The translations under genes and the position numbers were made by a program. A model generated the notes under the pieces. The model had not been told where the DNA came from. It ran no database searches and worked only from the letters and a program-made list of their open reading frames with translations. DNA of 64,000 nt from Syntrophorhabdaceae bacterium (GTDB lineage Bacteria; Desulfobacterota; Syntrophorhabdia; Syntrophorhabdales; Syntrophorhabdaceae), in the NCBI GenBank assembly GCA_963665295.1, contig OY762209.1, forward strand, positions 5,444,165-5,508,164, read 5' to 3'. This document shows positions 26,005-36,597 of the stretch, piece after piece (position 1 is the stretch's first letter; each line of letters begins with the position of its first letter).

Positions 26005-26805
26005 ATGGAATCCCCGGAACAGTTGACAGGCACCCAGCGCCCTACGCTGCCTTTGTCCGTATACATGATCACCCTCAATAACGGCAAGACCATCGAAAGA
26101 GCCCTTCAGAGCGCGGCAGGGTGGGCAAACGAGGTGGTGGTAGTCGACTCCCACAGCTCCGACGGCTCGCCCGAGATCATGAAACGCTATACAGACAGGG
26201 TCATTCAATACGAAAACAACAACTTCAGAGAAAAATACCAGTACGCACAGGACTGCTGCCGGAATCCGTGGGTCCTTTTTATCGACGCGGATGAGTGGCT
26301 CACAGAAGGCATCAAGGAAGAGATAGGCAGGGTAATCACGTCGGACACGGCATACTCCGGCTTCGTGGTGTCCCGGAGAAACATATATCTCGGAAGAGAG
26401 ATAAAATACGGCGGGTGGTATCCCGACGAGGAAATAAGGCTCTACAGGAAAGATAAGGGATACTGGAAAGGCGACCTCCACGCGAAGGTCACCATTGCCG
26501 ATAAAGTGGGGCGGCTGAAGAGTCATTACATGCACACCCCCTATTCCGATACGTCGGACCAGATAAAGACCATAGACCGTTATTCGGCCACCTATGCCCA
26601 TGACCTCCGCGCCCGGGGGCGAACCTTCCACCTGATCAACCTCCTTTTCAGGCCCCCTTATCGCTTCTTCAGGGATTACATCATGAAAAGGGGGTTCCTT
26701 GACGGATTGCCCGGCATCATCATCATCGCATGCACCATGTTCTACGTCTTCATGAAACACGCGAAGCTCTGGGAGATCGAGAGGGAAGACAAGACCCGCG
26801 ATTGA
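26005..26805 (+). CDS. glycosyltransferase family 2 (WaaE/KdtX-like)
   Basis: VVVDSHSSDG, WVLFIDADE and GFLDG.PG motifs. Confidence 0.9.
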   Translation: MESPEQLTGTQRPTLPLSVYMITLNNGKTIERALQSAAGWANEVVVVDSHSSDGSPEIMKRYTDRVIQYENNNFREKYQYAQDCCRNPWVLFIDADEWLTEGIKEEIGRVITSDTAYSGFVVSRRNIYLGREIKYGGWYPDEEIRLYRKDKGYWKGDLHAKVTIADKVGRLKSHYMHTPYSDTSDQIKTIDRYSATYAHDLRARGRTFHLINLLFRPPYRFFRDYIMKRGFLDGLPGIIIIACTMFYVFMKHAKLWEIEREDKTRD

Positions 26806-26831
26806 CAACATCCCCTCTGTATTGTTATAAG
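26802..26831 (+). promoter_or_regulatory. sigma70-type promoter for fdtA-fdtB
   Basis: TTGACA-18 nt-TATAAG with TGn. Confidence 0.5.
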
Positions 26832-26858
26832 GAATAAAATCAAACCCGGAGGCTGCAA

Positions 26859-27227
26859 TTGGCGTATTTCATCAAGTTCAAGACCAACTCGGACAGCAGG
26901 GGCCATTTGACGGTAATCGAAAAAGAGATACCCTTCGACATAAAACGGGTCTATTACATCTATGGTGTGGCGCCCGGGTCAATAAGGGGCCAACACCGCC
27001 ACCACAGGACCGTCCACGCCCTGGTCTGCCTTAAGGGCAGTTGCGACCTCTACATAAACGACGGCAAAAAGAAGGAAAGGATAACCTTGAGCGGCCCGGA
27101 CCAGGGCCTCATACTCCCGCCGGAAGACTGGCATTCAATGTATAATTTTTCTGAGGACGCGATCCTAATGGTGCTTGCCTCGGAGTACTATGACCCTGAT
27201 GAGTACATCGCGGAGGAATACCTGTGA
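26859..27227 (+). CDS. fdtA: dTDP-6-deoxy-3,4-keto-hexulose isomerase (FdtA/QdtA cupin)
   Basis: [23 protein letters not shown] and [10 protein letters not shown] motifs. Confidence 0.88.
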   Translation: MAYFIKFKTNSDSRGHLTVIEKEIPFDIKRVYYIYGVAPGSIRGQHRHHRTVHALVCLKGSCDLYINDGKKKERITLSGPDQGLILPPEDWHSMYNFSEDAILMVLASEYYDPDEYIAEEYL

Positions 27228-28309
27228 TCGAGTACGAGAACCTGGAGAGGGTCAACCGGATCTTTTTTGACGACTTTGTCGAAAGTTTCAAGGATACCCT
27301 GAAGAGGGGATGGTTTGTACTGGGCAGAAACGTGGAGGCCTTCGAGAAGGAATTCGCCCGGTATCTCGGGTGCCGCGCGTGCGTGGGGGTCGCCTCAGGA
27401 CTGGACGCCCTTACCCTCTCTTTAAGTGCCCTTGACCTGAAACGCACCGGGGAAGTCATCGTCCCGTCGAACACCTACATCGCCACGATCCTCGCGGTGG
27501 TCCACGCAGGCTTGAAGCCCATCCTCGTGGAGCCCGATATCCGCACATACAACATAGACCCTTCGAAGATCGAAGAGAAGATAACCTCCCGCACCAGGGC
27601 GATCCTCGTGACCCACCTCTACGGCAAGTCGTGTGATATGGACCCCATCATGGAAATCGCAGCTAAATTCGGCCTGAAGGTGGTCGAAGACTGTGCCCAG
27701 GCCCACGGCGCCGCGTACCGGGGGAAGATGGTCGGGGCTTTCGGGGATTTCGGTGCCTTCAGTTTTTACCCGACAAAGAACCTGGGGGCCCTGGGAGACG
27801 GCGGCGCGGTCACCACGGCAAACGAAGCAAACGCGGAGCTTATCAGGAAACTCCGGAATTACGGGTCCCTCGTCCGGTACCGTAACGACCTGGTGGGATT
27901 CAATTCAAGGCTCGATGAAGTGCAGGCAGGTTTTCTTTCCATCAAGTTGAAGAAACTCGACGAGATAAACGGCCATAAAAGGAAACTGGCCCTTCTCTAC
28001 AACGAACACCTGAAGGACGATTTTATCAAGCCCGCCCTAAGTAAGGATTGCTTCGACGTCTATCATATCTATTCAGTACGGCACCCCGACCGGAACAGGC
28101 TCAGGGAACACCTTCTCGACAAGGGCATAAAGACGGATATCCACTATCCGGTCCCACCCCACAGGCAGCCGGCCATGGAAGGTATCATCGACCAGGGACC
28201 TTACCCTATTTCCGAGGAGATCCACGAGACTATACTGAGCCTGCCCATATCGTACGCCCACAAGGAGGACGATATCATGGAGGTGATCGCGGTCATGAAC
28301 AGATTCTGA
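27224..28309 (+). CDS. fdtB: DegT/DnrJ/EryC1/StrS aminotransferase (FdtB/QdtB-like)
   Basis: [23 protein letters not shown] and NSRLDE motifs; coupled to fdtA. Confidence 0.85.
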   Translation: MIEYENLERVNRIFFDDFVESFKDTLKRGWFVLGRNVEAFEKEFARYLGCRACVGVASGLDALTLSLSALDLKRTGEVIVPSNTYIATILAVVHAGLKPILVEPDIRTYNIDPSKIEEKITSRTRAILVTHLYGKSCDMDPIMEIAAKFGLKVVEDCAQAHGAAYRGKMVGAFGDFGAFSFYPTKNLGALGDGGAVTTANEANAELIRKLRNYGSLVRYRNDLVGFNSRLDEVQAGFLSIKLKKLDEINGHKRKLALLYNEHLKDDFIKPALSKDCFDVYHIYSVRHPDRNRLREHLLDKGIKTDIHYPVPPHRQPAMEGIIDQGPYPISEEIHETILSLPISYAHKEDDIMEVIAVMNRF

Positions 28310-28347
28310 CCCCCGGCCCGGCTTTCCCGCAATATTACCCCCGTCTA

Positions 28348-30213
28348 TTACCGTTTCCCGCCGAGGGTTTCCTTTATTATGCCCTCGTACCTCGGAACCA
28401 TGGCCCCGCCTTTTACCTCGTTGAGGTTCGCGTCGAAGACCCTGCCCGCCCTTTTTGCCGGATTGTACACGTACACATGGTCGTCTATGATCTGGACACC
28501 GTCCAGTCCTACCCCGCTTCCCTCGGAAAAGGAAAAGAAGGCATGTTCCTTCTCCTTTCTGTTGAGGTGCCCCGCAGGGAAACTTCCCCCCGCCATGAGG
28601 GGCCGCATGCTCGATCCTTCCATATTCCGGGGTATCTCTATGCCCATAATGTCGAGGAGGGTCGGAGCTATATCAGTATGGTCTGAAATATGGCCTATGG
28701 ACCCGCCCTTCTCATGGGGCACTTTTATCACGAGCGGAATTCTTCGCACAGGGACTTCCTTGAAAGAACGAAAAGGAGCGGACCGGGCCTTGTCCAGTCC
28801 CAGGAATAAGTTGTGGTCCGAGGTTATGACGATCACGGTCTCATCCAGGATCCCGTGCTTCTTCAGCTTCTCCACGATTTCCCCCACCAGTCCGTCGGCG
28901 CTCTTCAGGTCCTCGCAATATGCATGTTCTATGTCGTGCAATACGGGCACGGGCAGGTCGAACTTCCCCAGGTACCGGTTCACGTGGGGCTTCACCGAAG
29001 GGGATGATTCCTTTCTGTACAGGGGCGGGTGCACACCGGTGAGATGGACATGGAGAAAGAGCGGCTTTTGGCCTCGCTCTTTGAGGACCTCATCGAGGGA
29101 ACCGGCCACCTTGCCGCTCTCCTCGAAGGAATCCGCCACTATTTCGAACTCATTTCTCACCCTCGTATAGTAACGTTCGAAAAGAACGGTGATCCGCTTC
29201 AGCCTTATCATGGCGGTCCTGTCTCTGAAAATCTTCTGATCCACAAAGGAGAGGAAACTAAGGCCCGTCTTATCCCGATAACGCACGTTCTCCCCGAAAC
29301 CGAGCCGCTCCGGGGAGAGGCCCAGAAAGTGTATGTCGTACATGGGACCGAGTATATCGAAAATACTCTTCTGCCGCTGGCCATAGGCGTCAAACCAGGT
29401 GTATTTCCTGTGCGTGGTGGGGTAGAGAGACGTATAGATCGACACCACGGACGGAAAGGTAGGGAAACCGACCGGGTAGAAGCGGGTAAACACGTAACTG
29501 TCGCCGGCCAACCTGTCTATGTTGGGGGAAGTCCTCTCACCATACCCGTAGAGGGAAAAGTAATCGGCCATGGCGGAATCGATAAGTATGAGGACCACAT
29601 GGGGATACTTCCTGTTCGCCGCCTGCTCGGCGCCCTTGAATCCTGCGGATACCGGACGGGACAGGAACCCTGTGGCGACAACGAAGAGGAATGCGCCCGC
29701 GAGACCCACAAGGCACCACTTCGAGGCGGACCCGGTGAATGACCGCCGGTCGCTCCTGAACGCCTTTACGGTCAGAAGAAGGGGTACGCAAATGATTATG
29801 AGGATAAAGGGCAGCTTTATGAGCAACGGCATCTCTTCAGGCAGGTATCTCGCGAACACCGCTTTTCTCGCGAGGATCAGGAGGGAGCTTACCCACAGGC
29901 CGGACACTGCCAGGGTGTTGCCCGCGAAGAGGACCCGCGGGATCCTATCGACCACTCCGCCGAACATCACCCGCTTCGCCCCTATCAGCAGCAGTACCTG
30001 GATCAGATACAGGCCCAAGGCCGGGAGCGCAATGAGGACCACGATCGCCAGGGTCCCTCTCATGATTTCAAGGGTGGAAAGAAGTCTCGTCAGGTCCTGA
30101 TAATAGATCATCAACTCAGCGAGGGCCAGATAAAATATGAAGAGCAGGTAAAGGACGAGGACCGGGCGCGTTTCTTCGAAGCACGTCTTGACGGATTTCA
30201 GTCTTTCTCGCAT
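28348..30213 (-). CDS. membrane-anchored sulfatase-like / alkaline-phosphatase-superfamily transferase
   Basis: About five N-terminal TMs; HVVLILIDS, TFPSVVS (Thr nucleophile), ITSDH and DIAPTLL motifs. Confidence 0.8.
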   Translation of the reverse strand: MRERLKSVKTCFEETRPVLVLYLLFIFYLALAELMIYYQDLTRLLSTLEIMRGTLAIVVLIALPALGLYLIQVLLLIGAKRVMFGGVVDRIPRVLFAGNTLAVSGLWVSSLLILARKAVFARYLPEEMPLLIKLPFILIIICVPLLLTVKAFRSDRRSFTGSASKWCLVGLAGAFLFVVATGFLSRPVSAGFKGAEQAANRKYPHVVLILIDSAMADYFSLYGYGERTSPNIDRLAGDSYVFTRFYPVGFPTFPSVVSIYTSLYPTTHRKYTWFDAYGQRQKSIFDILGPMYDIHFLGLSPERLGFGENVRYRDKTGLSFLSFVDQKIFRDRTAMIRLKRITVLFERYYTRVRNEFEIVADSFEESGKVAGSLDEVLKERGQKPLFLHVHLTGVHPPLYRKESSPSVKPHVNRYLGKFDLPVPVLHDIEHAYCEDLKSADGLVGEIVEKLKKHGILDETVIVITSDHNLFLGLDKARSAPFRSFKEVPVRRIPLVIKVPHEKGGSIGHISDHTDIAPTLLDIMGIEIPRNMEGSSMRPLMAGGSFPAGHLNRKEKEHAFFSFSEGSGVGLDGVQIIDDHVYVYNPAKRAGRVFDANLNEVKGGAMVPRYEGIIKETLGGKR

Positions 30214-31553
30214 AGATAATACCTTCGGGTCGGCGTAAGGACATGTTCGCTCACGATCCTGAAGCGTTTCTCCAGGGCGCGGACAAAGTTTTCGGCCGTG
30301 TAGGCAGCGGGCATCACAGGCGCGATCTCCCGGCACATCTCGTCCCGGGCATCCACGAATTCGATGAGCAGGTGCCTGTCCGTCGTTTCGTCGGCAAAGT
30401 CGGCTACCCTCTCGAAGTCCTGCCACTGTCTCAAAACGAGGTGGTGCACGATAGCCGCCATAATGACAAGGTCGGCCTTGAACCGGCTGAAGAAATCGGC
30501 GTACTGGCGCAGGTTCCAGCCGAAACGAGGGGTGGGCGTAAGTATGTCCATGCACAGGGGAAGGACCCGCGCATTACGCTTCACGGCCTCCCGGAAGATA
30601 ATATCCGTGCATTCCCAACTGTTTTCCGCCGCCGTCACCCGGGCCCCTTCTTCCGCGGCCAGAAAGGAGAGTTGCCCCGTGTTGGCTCCTATATCGAGAA
30701 CCCGCGCGGGCCTGACGTCCTTCAGTACCTGCCGGGTGATCCGGGTCTTTTCCGAAATGTCCGTATTGTCGTAATAGGCGCTCCATGCGTCGCTCGCGGG
30801 CTTGATCTCAATGCCCTCCACCTTCTTCCTGAGCTTGAGGAAGAACCGGTTCCTCATGTTGCGGTCCATATATCGGGAGACGGACAATTTTCCGACGGAA
30901 GGGCAGAACCTTTCGGCAAAGTACGGCAGATCGAGGGTCATGAAATCCCGAAGCCTTTTCTTTAAGGGCAGAAGCCTGCGTATGTCCGGGTACTCGACTC
31001 CCGTGTAATAGTTGTAGAGCGCCATCCTGGAAAGGCGGTAAGACCCGAGGGAATAGAGGAGAAGGGGAAGGTAGAAGAGACGAAGAAACTGGTCATAGGG
31101 CTTCCAGAGGTAATCGCCGCTCACGGGCTCGATGGAGGTGAGGTCCACGAATACGGGGCGCGAGCAGTCGAAGACGATGTTGTAAGGGGTTGCATCCTGC
31201 AATGTCAGGTCCTGTTCCGTCAGTTCCCGCACCAGATCGAGGGTATGGAGCGCCGCGGTTTTGAGCATTGCAGGGGACCATTCAAAGGGATAGGAAACCG
31301 GTTCGATTCGGGGATGGTTGATGAGCAACCCTTCGCCGCCCCCTGCTTCGGCAATGGTGCTTTCTATGAGCCGGCCCCTGTCGATCAATCGTGGGATCAC
31401 ACCCCTTGCAAAGAGGTCCCTGTAGAAGGCGGCGTGCTCCGGGAATATGTGTCGCACCATCCCGTCGTCTTCCTGGAAGAGCCTTCCCCGGGGGTCGACA
31501 TAGGATGAGCTTACCGCCGACCTTCGTCCGCGTCCCTCCCCGGGAGAATTCAT
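30198..31553 (-). CDS. NoeA-like protein: kinase-like N-terminal half plus class I SAM methyltransferase
   Basis: SYPFEWS, DATPYNIVF..PVFVD, VLDIGANTG and LLIEFV motifs. Confidence 0.8.
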   Translation of the reverse strand: MNSPGEGRGRRSAVSSSYVDPRGRLFQEDDGMVRHIFPEHAAFYRDLFARGVIPRLIDRGRLIESTIAEAGGGEGLLINHPRIEPVSYPFEWSPAMLKTAALHTLDLVRELTEQDLTLQDATPYNIVFDCSRPVFVDLTSIEPVSGDYLWKPYDQFLRLFYLPLLLYSLGSYRLSRMALYNYYTGVEYPDIRRLLPLKKRLRDFMTLDLPYFAERFCPSVGKLSVSRYMDRNMRNRFFLKLRKKVEGIEIKPASDAWSAYYDNTDISEKTRITRQVLKDVRPARVLDIGANTGQLSFLAAEEGARVTAAENSWECTDIIFREAVKRNARVLPLCMDILTPTPRFGWNLRQYADFFSRFKADLVIMAAIVHHLVLRQWQDFERVADFADETTDRHLLIEFVDARDEMCREIAPVMPAAYTAENFVRALEKRFRIVSEHVLTPTRRYYLCEKD

Positions 31554-31747
31554 TTGACGATTGTTCGCCAGATCCTGCCGATGAAAGACTTGATCGATCT
31601 GAAGCAGGTCGCGACAACAAGGATTACGAGATTGAAGACTACAAAGATAATCTGCCCTATGGAACCGAAGGCGCTCGGATCCACGTACGCGTGAAGCGCA
31701 GTGCCTGATAGAAGAAACAGGTCCAGCGCGAGAAAGGCGGTGAGCAT
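31550..31747 (-). CDS. small membrane protein (AYxDP motif)
   Basis: Signal-like start, HAYVDPSAFGSIGQ, TM, basic tail; overlaps the NoeA-like start. Confidence 0.65.
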   Translation of the reverse strand: MLTAFLALDLFLLSGTALHAYVDPSAFGSIGQIIFVVFNLVILVVATCFRSIKSFIGRIWRTIVK

Positions 31748-31787
31748 AATTAGTATTATTTACTGCGCCCTTGGCCGAAATGTCAAG

Positions 31788-32228
31788 CTAATTCCCGGCA
31801 GGCCGTGCGGGACCGGTTTTATGCGATGCTCCTCTGAGGAGTATTTCCACCACTGGCCTGTCGGCCTGGGAAAAATCGTAGCCGGGAAGGTCCACCGGTT
31901 TGACCCATCGCATCTCCTCATGGTCGTTAAGAGTGAAAGTGCCCGAGATCACGGTTGCCCTGTACGCAAGGAGCCTGATGGTAAAATCGGGGGTGTAGCT
32001 GTGCTCGCTCGTGCAGATGAGACCGCCCACCTCCGCTATTATGGCAAGTTCTTCCTCGAGCTCCCGTTTCAGACACTGTTCCGGCGTTTCCCCTTCCTCG
32101 AGGGTGCCTCCGGGAAACTCCCAGTTTCCCGCATGCTGTTTTCCGCGCATCCTCCTCGCAATAAGCACGCACCCGTCTCTCTCGATCACCGCAGCGGTAA
32201 CAATCTTCGGGTTAGGCTTCCTCTTCAT
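31788..32228 (-). CDS. MutT/NudG-like Nudix hydrolase
   Basis: WEFPGG..EEGETPEQCLKRELEEEL Nudix box. Confidence 0.9.
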   Translation of the reverse strand: MKRKPNPKIVTAAVIERDGCVLIARRMRGKQHAGNWEFPGGTLEEGETPEQCLKRELEEELAIIAEVGGLICTSEHSYTPDFTIRLLAYRATVISGTFTLNDHEEMRWVKPVDLPGYDFSQADRPVVEILLRGASHKTGPARPAGN

Positions 32229-32351
32229 GACCCGCAATCCCCTTCTCGCCCGTCTCTTTAAGCCCTCTTCCGAGGCGCAAGTCCCTTTTCTCCGGCGAGA
32301 GACAAAATTAACATATAATGGGCAAAAACACTATAAGGCAGTCTCATCACC

Positions 32352-33428
32352 TCACAGCGAGTATTCGAAGTATCCCTTTGTGCACGGCTGTCCGGTGGAA
32401 AGGTACATTCTCCTTTCCGCCGGGACCATAATCACGGATGCCGTGGATACGCACGCAGCCTCACGGGGCATTGACTCGTCCAAATGACGGCATATGGAAT
32501 TTGGATATCCATCGTGGTCAGCGAGAAGGGTCATCATGATTTCGGGCGTGAGGGCTCCATAGTGTTCATGGATCAGCGTGCGGAGCCTGGGGGCGCGTTG
32601 AAATGAATCCGGCATGAATTGAAGCACCATGTCATGCTCTGCGTAACGACTTGTTTCATAATGGTTGGCGTGAACCAGTATTCCCCGGTCCGGCTCGAGG
32701 ACCGTGTAACCGTCGTAGACGCTTTCGATGCCGGCCATGGTGCCGTCGGCGTCAGCCAGATGATAGTAACCGATACCCCGCGCTCCGCGTTTTAGGATGT
32801 CAAATGCTTCCTGGAACGTATGCCTTCGCATGGCTGCATAGAGATAGAATGAAGCGGGTACATGGGTTGTTACCGGTCCCATGGGGCATACCGTGAGGGT
32901 TGTAGAATTTCCGATACCGGCGGAATTGAGATTATAGCAGGGGGAGCCAAAGAAGGTGATCGATAATTGCTCCAACCCGTCCGCATGTTTTATGTGCATC
33001 AAATCAAGACTGGCATCCGGATGCCAGTCTATATTCTGTCCCACTATGGTAAGGCCGTTTTTGGTTGCCGGACCGGCCACCGCAAAGGAAGTGCACATAC
33101 CGGCCAGGCCGGGATAATTGATGAACAATTCTATGTAGCAATTAATGGCAAAGACCTCATCAAAGGGAACACCGGCCCCGTCAGCGGTCCCCTGGATTCT
33201 CGCGATGCCCTCCGAATCGAAAATACGCGCGTTTGGAAGATATTTCCTTGCCCTCTCCAATACGAGGTCGCGATCGACACGACACTTGAGGGGACTCCTT
33301 TCCAGGGCCGAAACGAGGGTATCCATTCCCCTTCGTATATTGTCTTTCGACGCCTCTCCATACTGAAAACCTATCTCGTACGCAGTTCCGCTGCATTCAA
33401 TGACCTTTAACCCCTCCGTAACGTTCAT
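32352..33428 (-). CDS. C45 family autoproteolytic acyltransferase/peptidase
   Basis: GM-CTS cleavage site, GQNIDW, HANHY and SICRH motifs. Confidence 0.88.
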   Translation of the reverse strand: MNVTEGLKVIECSGTAYEIGFQYGEASKDNIRRGMDTLVSALERSPLKCRVDRDLVLERARKYLPNARIFDSEGIARIQGTADGAGVPFDEVFAINCYIELFINYPGLAGMCTSFAVAGPATKNGLTIVGQNIDWHPDASLDLMHIKHADGLEQLSITFFGSPCYNLNSAGIGNSTTLTVCPMGPVTTHVPASFYLYAAMRRHTFQEAFDILKRGARGIGYYHLADADGTMAGIESVYDGYTVLEPDRGILVHANHYETSRYAEHDMVLQFMPDSFQRAPRLRTLIHEHYGALTPEIMMTLLADHDGYPNSICRHLDESMPREAACVSTASVIMVPAERRMYLSTGQPCTKGYFEYSL

Positions 33429-33612
33429 CGAGCCTCCTGGTTTGTGTACAACCCGCACTGCGCCGCTATGAGAAATGACCTGTGTTTCCCACTCTTGTAT
33501 CACATCGGATGCAAATAGACAAATTCGGCGGATCTCCGGCGGGTATATGACATCGGTGACGTTTGAAGGAACCTTCCGGTCACGCCGGCGCTCCGTTCAC
33601 GGCAGGTCGGGA

Positions 33613-34482
33613 TCATCGGAAACCGATGAGGGCGATGGAAAGGATGGTGAGGACGAGGCCGATGACACGGGGGGTCGTCAGTCGCTCGCGGTAGATGAAT
33701 ACAGACAGGACGATGGCTACCACAAAATGCATGCTCACTATTGAGGCAACCAGCGAGAGGGGCCCCGCCGACAGGGCCTTGAGGAAGGCCAGGTAGCCTG
33801 CAAAATTGAGAATGCCTATGGCGAATCCCAGCGAAAAGGTAAACCCGTAACTATTTTTCGCAACAGAGGTGCGGAACCGGTTTCCGAACGCGGTGGAAGC
33901 CAGGGTCGCCATAGTGTATACGAGGGTCATGAAAGCTATCTTGCTCACGTGCATTGCGGCGTACTTACTCGAAATCAATGCCACGGTGCTTGCCGACAGG
34001 CAGACGGCGAGATAGACGAAACCCTGCCGCCCCCGGCCTTTGGCCGCCTCGTCCTTGCCCGGTCCCACCGTGAGGATCGGGATGGCGCCGACGGCGCAAA
34101 GGATGCCCGCAATCTGGCCGAAGGAAAGCCGGTCCTTCAGGAAGATAACGGAGAAGGCCGTCACGACCACCAGGTTCAGCCTCGTGATGGAATATACCGT
34201 GGTGGCGGGCAGATACTTGAGAGACTCTATATGGGTGACCGTAGCGATGAGGAAAGAAAGGCCGTTCAGCAGCGAAAGGGCGAGCAGGAGGCCGGGGCTT
34301 GCAACAGGCTCCCATCGGATCAGCCACAGGATGCCGCTTAATCCCGCCACGGTGGCGGTGAATGAAAAGGTAACCCATCCTGAGTGACATCCTCTCTCGG
34401 CGGATACCTTGTAAAGGAAGTTCTGTGCGCCCATAAGAAAGAATGCGGCCAGGGCATATGTGTACCAATCGGTCATGGTCAT
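33613..34482 (-). CDS. EamA/DMT family transporter
   Basis: About ten TMs in two repeats (FLKDRL and IYRERLT). Confidence 0.85.
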   Translation of the reverse strand: MTMTDWYTYALAAFFLMGAQNFLYKVSAERGCHSGWVTFSFTATVAGLSGILWLIRWEPVASPGLLLALSLLNGLSFLIATVTHIESLKYLPATTVYSITRLNLVVVTAFSVIFLKDRLSFGQIAGILCAVGAIPILTVGPGKDEAAKGRGRQGFVYLAVCLSASTVALISSKYAAMHVSKIAFMTLVYTMATLASTAFGNRFRTSVAKNSYGFTFSLGFAIGILNFAGYLAFLKALSAGPLSLVASIVSMHFVVAIVLSVFIYRERLTTPRVIGLVLTILSIALIGFR

Positions 34483-34757
34483 GCGCGCCTTTGCGGATGG
34501 AAGGCGGAAAGCGCATCCGCCCTCGGCACGTAAGTGTACCATGTTTCCACGATGCACACACGGGATTCATGGGGAAAACCTGCCGGGCCTTCACGGGATG
34601 GCGCTGTTCGCCCCGGGTCGGAAAGGCTGCGGCAGAGAAAAGACCCTGGAGCGGTGAGAGGCGCTGATCAGGATATCTCTCAACAATAGCCGCGGAGGCA
34701 TTGGGCGTGCCGGCCCGAAAGCCCCCTCTTCCACGGAGAAATGGCGCGTCTTGCCCG

Positions 34758-36218
34758 TTACCCCTTGAGCAATGAGAGTATCTGCTGGGGCATGGAGTTG
34801 GCCTGGGCGAGCATGGCGATGCCGGACTGCTGGAGTATCTGGTTTTTTGTGAAGTCCGCCATCTCCGCCGCGAAGTCGGCGTCCTTGATGGTCGACACCG
34901 ACGACTTGACGTTCTCGTTCATGGTCTCCACGTTTGCCACGTGGTAGCTGATCTGATTCATGGACGCGCCCAGGTTGCCCCGTTCGGTGGTGAGGTTGCT
35001 TATTGCCGTATCGATCCTGGTCATGTAGGCCTGGGCGCCGGTCTTGGAGGCGATACTGCCTCCGGCGAGGTTAAGCACATCGCTGCTGTCGTACTCGAAG
35101 TTTTTGATGCCCGTTGATATCTGGTTGGACGTAGCGTTGGTGTCGCCCAACTGGAAGTCGAAAGACGAGGCGGCGGAGCCGCCGGTAGTGGTGCTGTCGA
35201 CGTCGAAGTCGGCGTTGCCGTCTGCCGGGTCAATATGAGCGAGAGCGGCGCCGACCGTGATCTTTACGCCATAGTCGGTAAAGTCCACTACCTGATCGGG
35301 GCCGGAAACGTTGCTCACCACAAAAACCTGGGACATCCCGGTGTCCCGGTTTCCAAGTCTCACACTGGCGTCGTCGAAGCTGCCTATGAGCACCTTAACG
35401 TCGAAGTGCGCCGCCGTCGCGTTCGACACGTCGATATCCACGATGCCCTTTGCCGGGGACAGGTCCGAGCCCACGTTGCTCACGGTCCTCGTCGTCGTCC
35501 CCCCGCTTCCCCCCACGGTGAACCCCCCGCCCGCGGCGATGGCTGTAGCCGCGGAGCTGAGCGTCACCTTTATGCCGAAGGAGCTGAAATTCGCGGTCCC
35601 CTGGTGGAACCCGGTGAGGCCGGAGACGCCTACGATCTCGGTGCTGGTGCCGTTCGTGATGGTCACGGTGGCGGCCCCTGCCACAGCCGCGGTCATGGTG
35701 AGGGTGAAGGTGGAGCCCGCCGAGGTGGACGCGTTCGACACGTCGATACCCACGATGCCGTTTGCCGTGGTGAGGCTGGCGCCGGTGGAGGTAAGGGTTT
35801 TGGCGCCCTGGAGGAGCGAGGTGGTGCCGTATTTCGTGTTTTGGGCTATGTTGCTGATTTCTGTTTCGAGATAGCTCCTCTCGTTGTCGAGCGCCGTTCT
35901 GTCCGTGGTATTGTCGGAGGCCGCCTGGGTGGCGAGTTCCTTGAGCCTTGTTAAAATATTGGAGATCTGGTCCATGCCGCCTTCAGCGGTCTGGAGCATG
36001 GAAAGGGCCTGGTGGCCGTTATCGATCGATTTAGTCATGGAAACCGACTTTACGTTCAGCTTCGTGGCAATGGCGACACCCGCCGCGTCGTCGGAGGCCT
36101 TATTTATCTTGTAGCCGCTCGAGAGCCTTTCCAGGGCCTTCGACTGGGATGTGCCTGAAATTCCGAGCCATCGTTGTGTGTTCAGAGATGAGACGTTGGT
36201 ATTGACCCTGAAAGCCAC
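34758..36218 (-). CDS. fliC: flagellin
   Basis: FRVNTN, ERLSSGYKINKASDDAAG, IKDADFAAEMADFTKNQIL..AMLAQAN motifs. Confidence 0.95.
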   Translation of the reverse strand: MAFRVNTNVSSLNTQRWLGISGTSQSKALERLSSGYKINKASDDAAGVAIATKLNVKSVSMTKSIDNGHQALSMLQTAEGGMDQISNILTRLKELATQAASDNTTDRTALDNERSYLETEISNIAQNTKYGTTSLLQGAKTLTSTGASLTTANGIVGIDVSNASTSAGSTFTLTMTAAVAGAATVTITNGTSTEIVGVSGLTGFHQGTANFSSFGIKVTLSSAATAIAAGGGFTVGGSGGTTTRTVSNVGSDLSPAKGIVDIDVSNATAAHFDVKVLIGSFDDASVRLGNRDTGMSQVFVVSNVSGPDQVVDFTDYGVKITVGAALAHIDPADGNADFDVDSTTTGGSAASSFDFQLGDTNATSNQISTGIKNFEYDSSDVLNLAGGSIASKTGAQAYMTRIDTAISNLTTERGNLGASMNQISYHVANVETMNENVKSSVSTIKDADFAAEMADFTKNQILQQSGIAMLAQANSMPQQILSLLKG

Positions 36219-36295
36219 GGTAAACCTCCTGTTTATCGTTATCGGGCATCATGCCCTCTTCCCCTCACGGGAACTGTATTATGCCGAACTACTTC

Positions 36296-36323
36296 TTATC
36301 GGTCCGAACCCGACTCTTGCTTA
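36296..36323 (-). promoter_or_regulatory. sigma28 (FliA)-like promoter of the flagellin
   Basis: TAAG-16 nt-ACCGATAA on the minus strand (consensus TAAA-N15-GCCGATAA). Confidence 0.5.
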
Positions 36324-36597
36324 TTCAAAAGAAATTGCTTTTTACGCCTTCCCTTCTTCCCGAGAAGTCAAGAACTGCGTTGCGTCTTATTGCCATGCTT
36401 TTTATATAACTACCTTTTGTTTCTTCTTTTGTACTCTTTTATACCCGTTTCTATCCATGCATATATAATCGACCTGTATTGGCGAAACTTAATACTTTTG
36501 GTCACAAAATGTCTTTTTTTTCACAGTATCGGCCTGTTCCAGGAAGGAACCCGGGGTTTGGTTGTCGGTCCGGTACTCTTGCAGGCCTGCAAGGGGA

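Noticed and set aside
36225..36275. CsrA-binding hairpins in the flagellin leader
   Set aside because: Hairpins exist (GGGC-ATGAT-GCCC) but their loops lack the GGA core.
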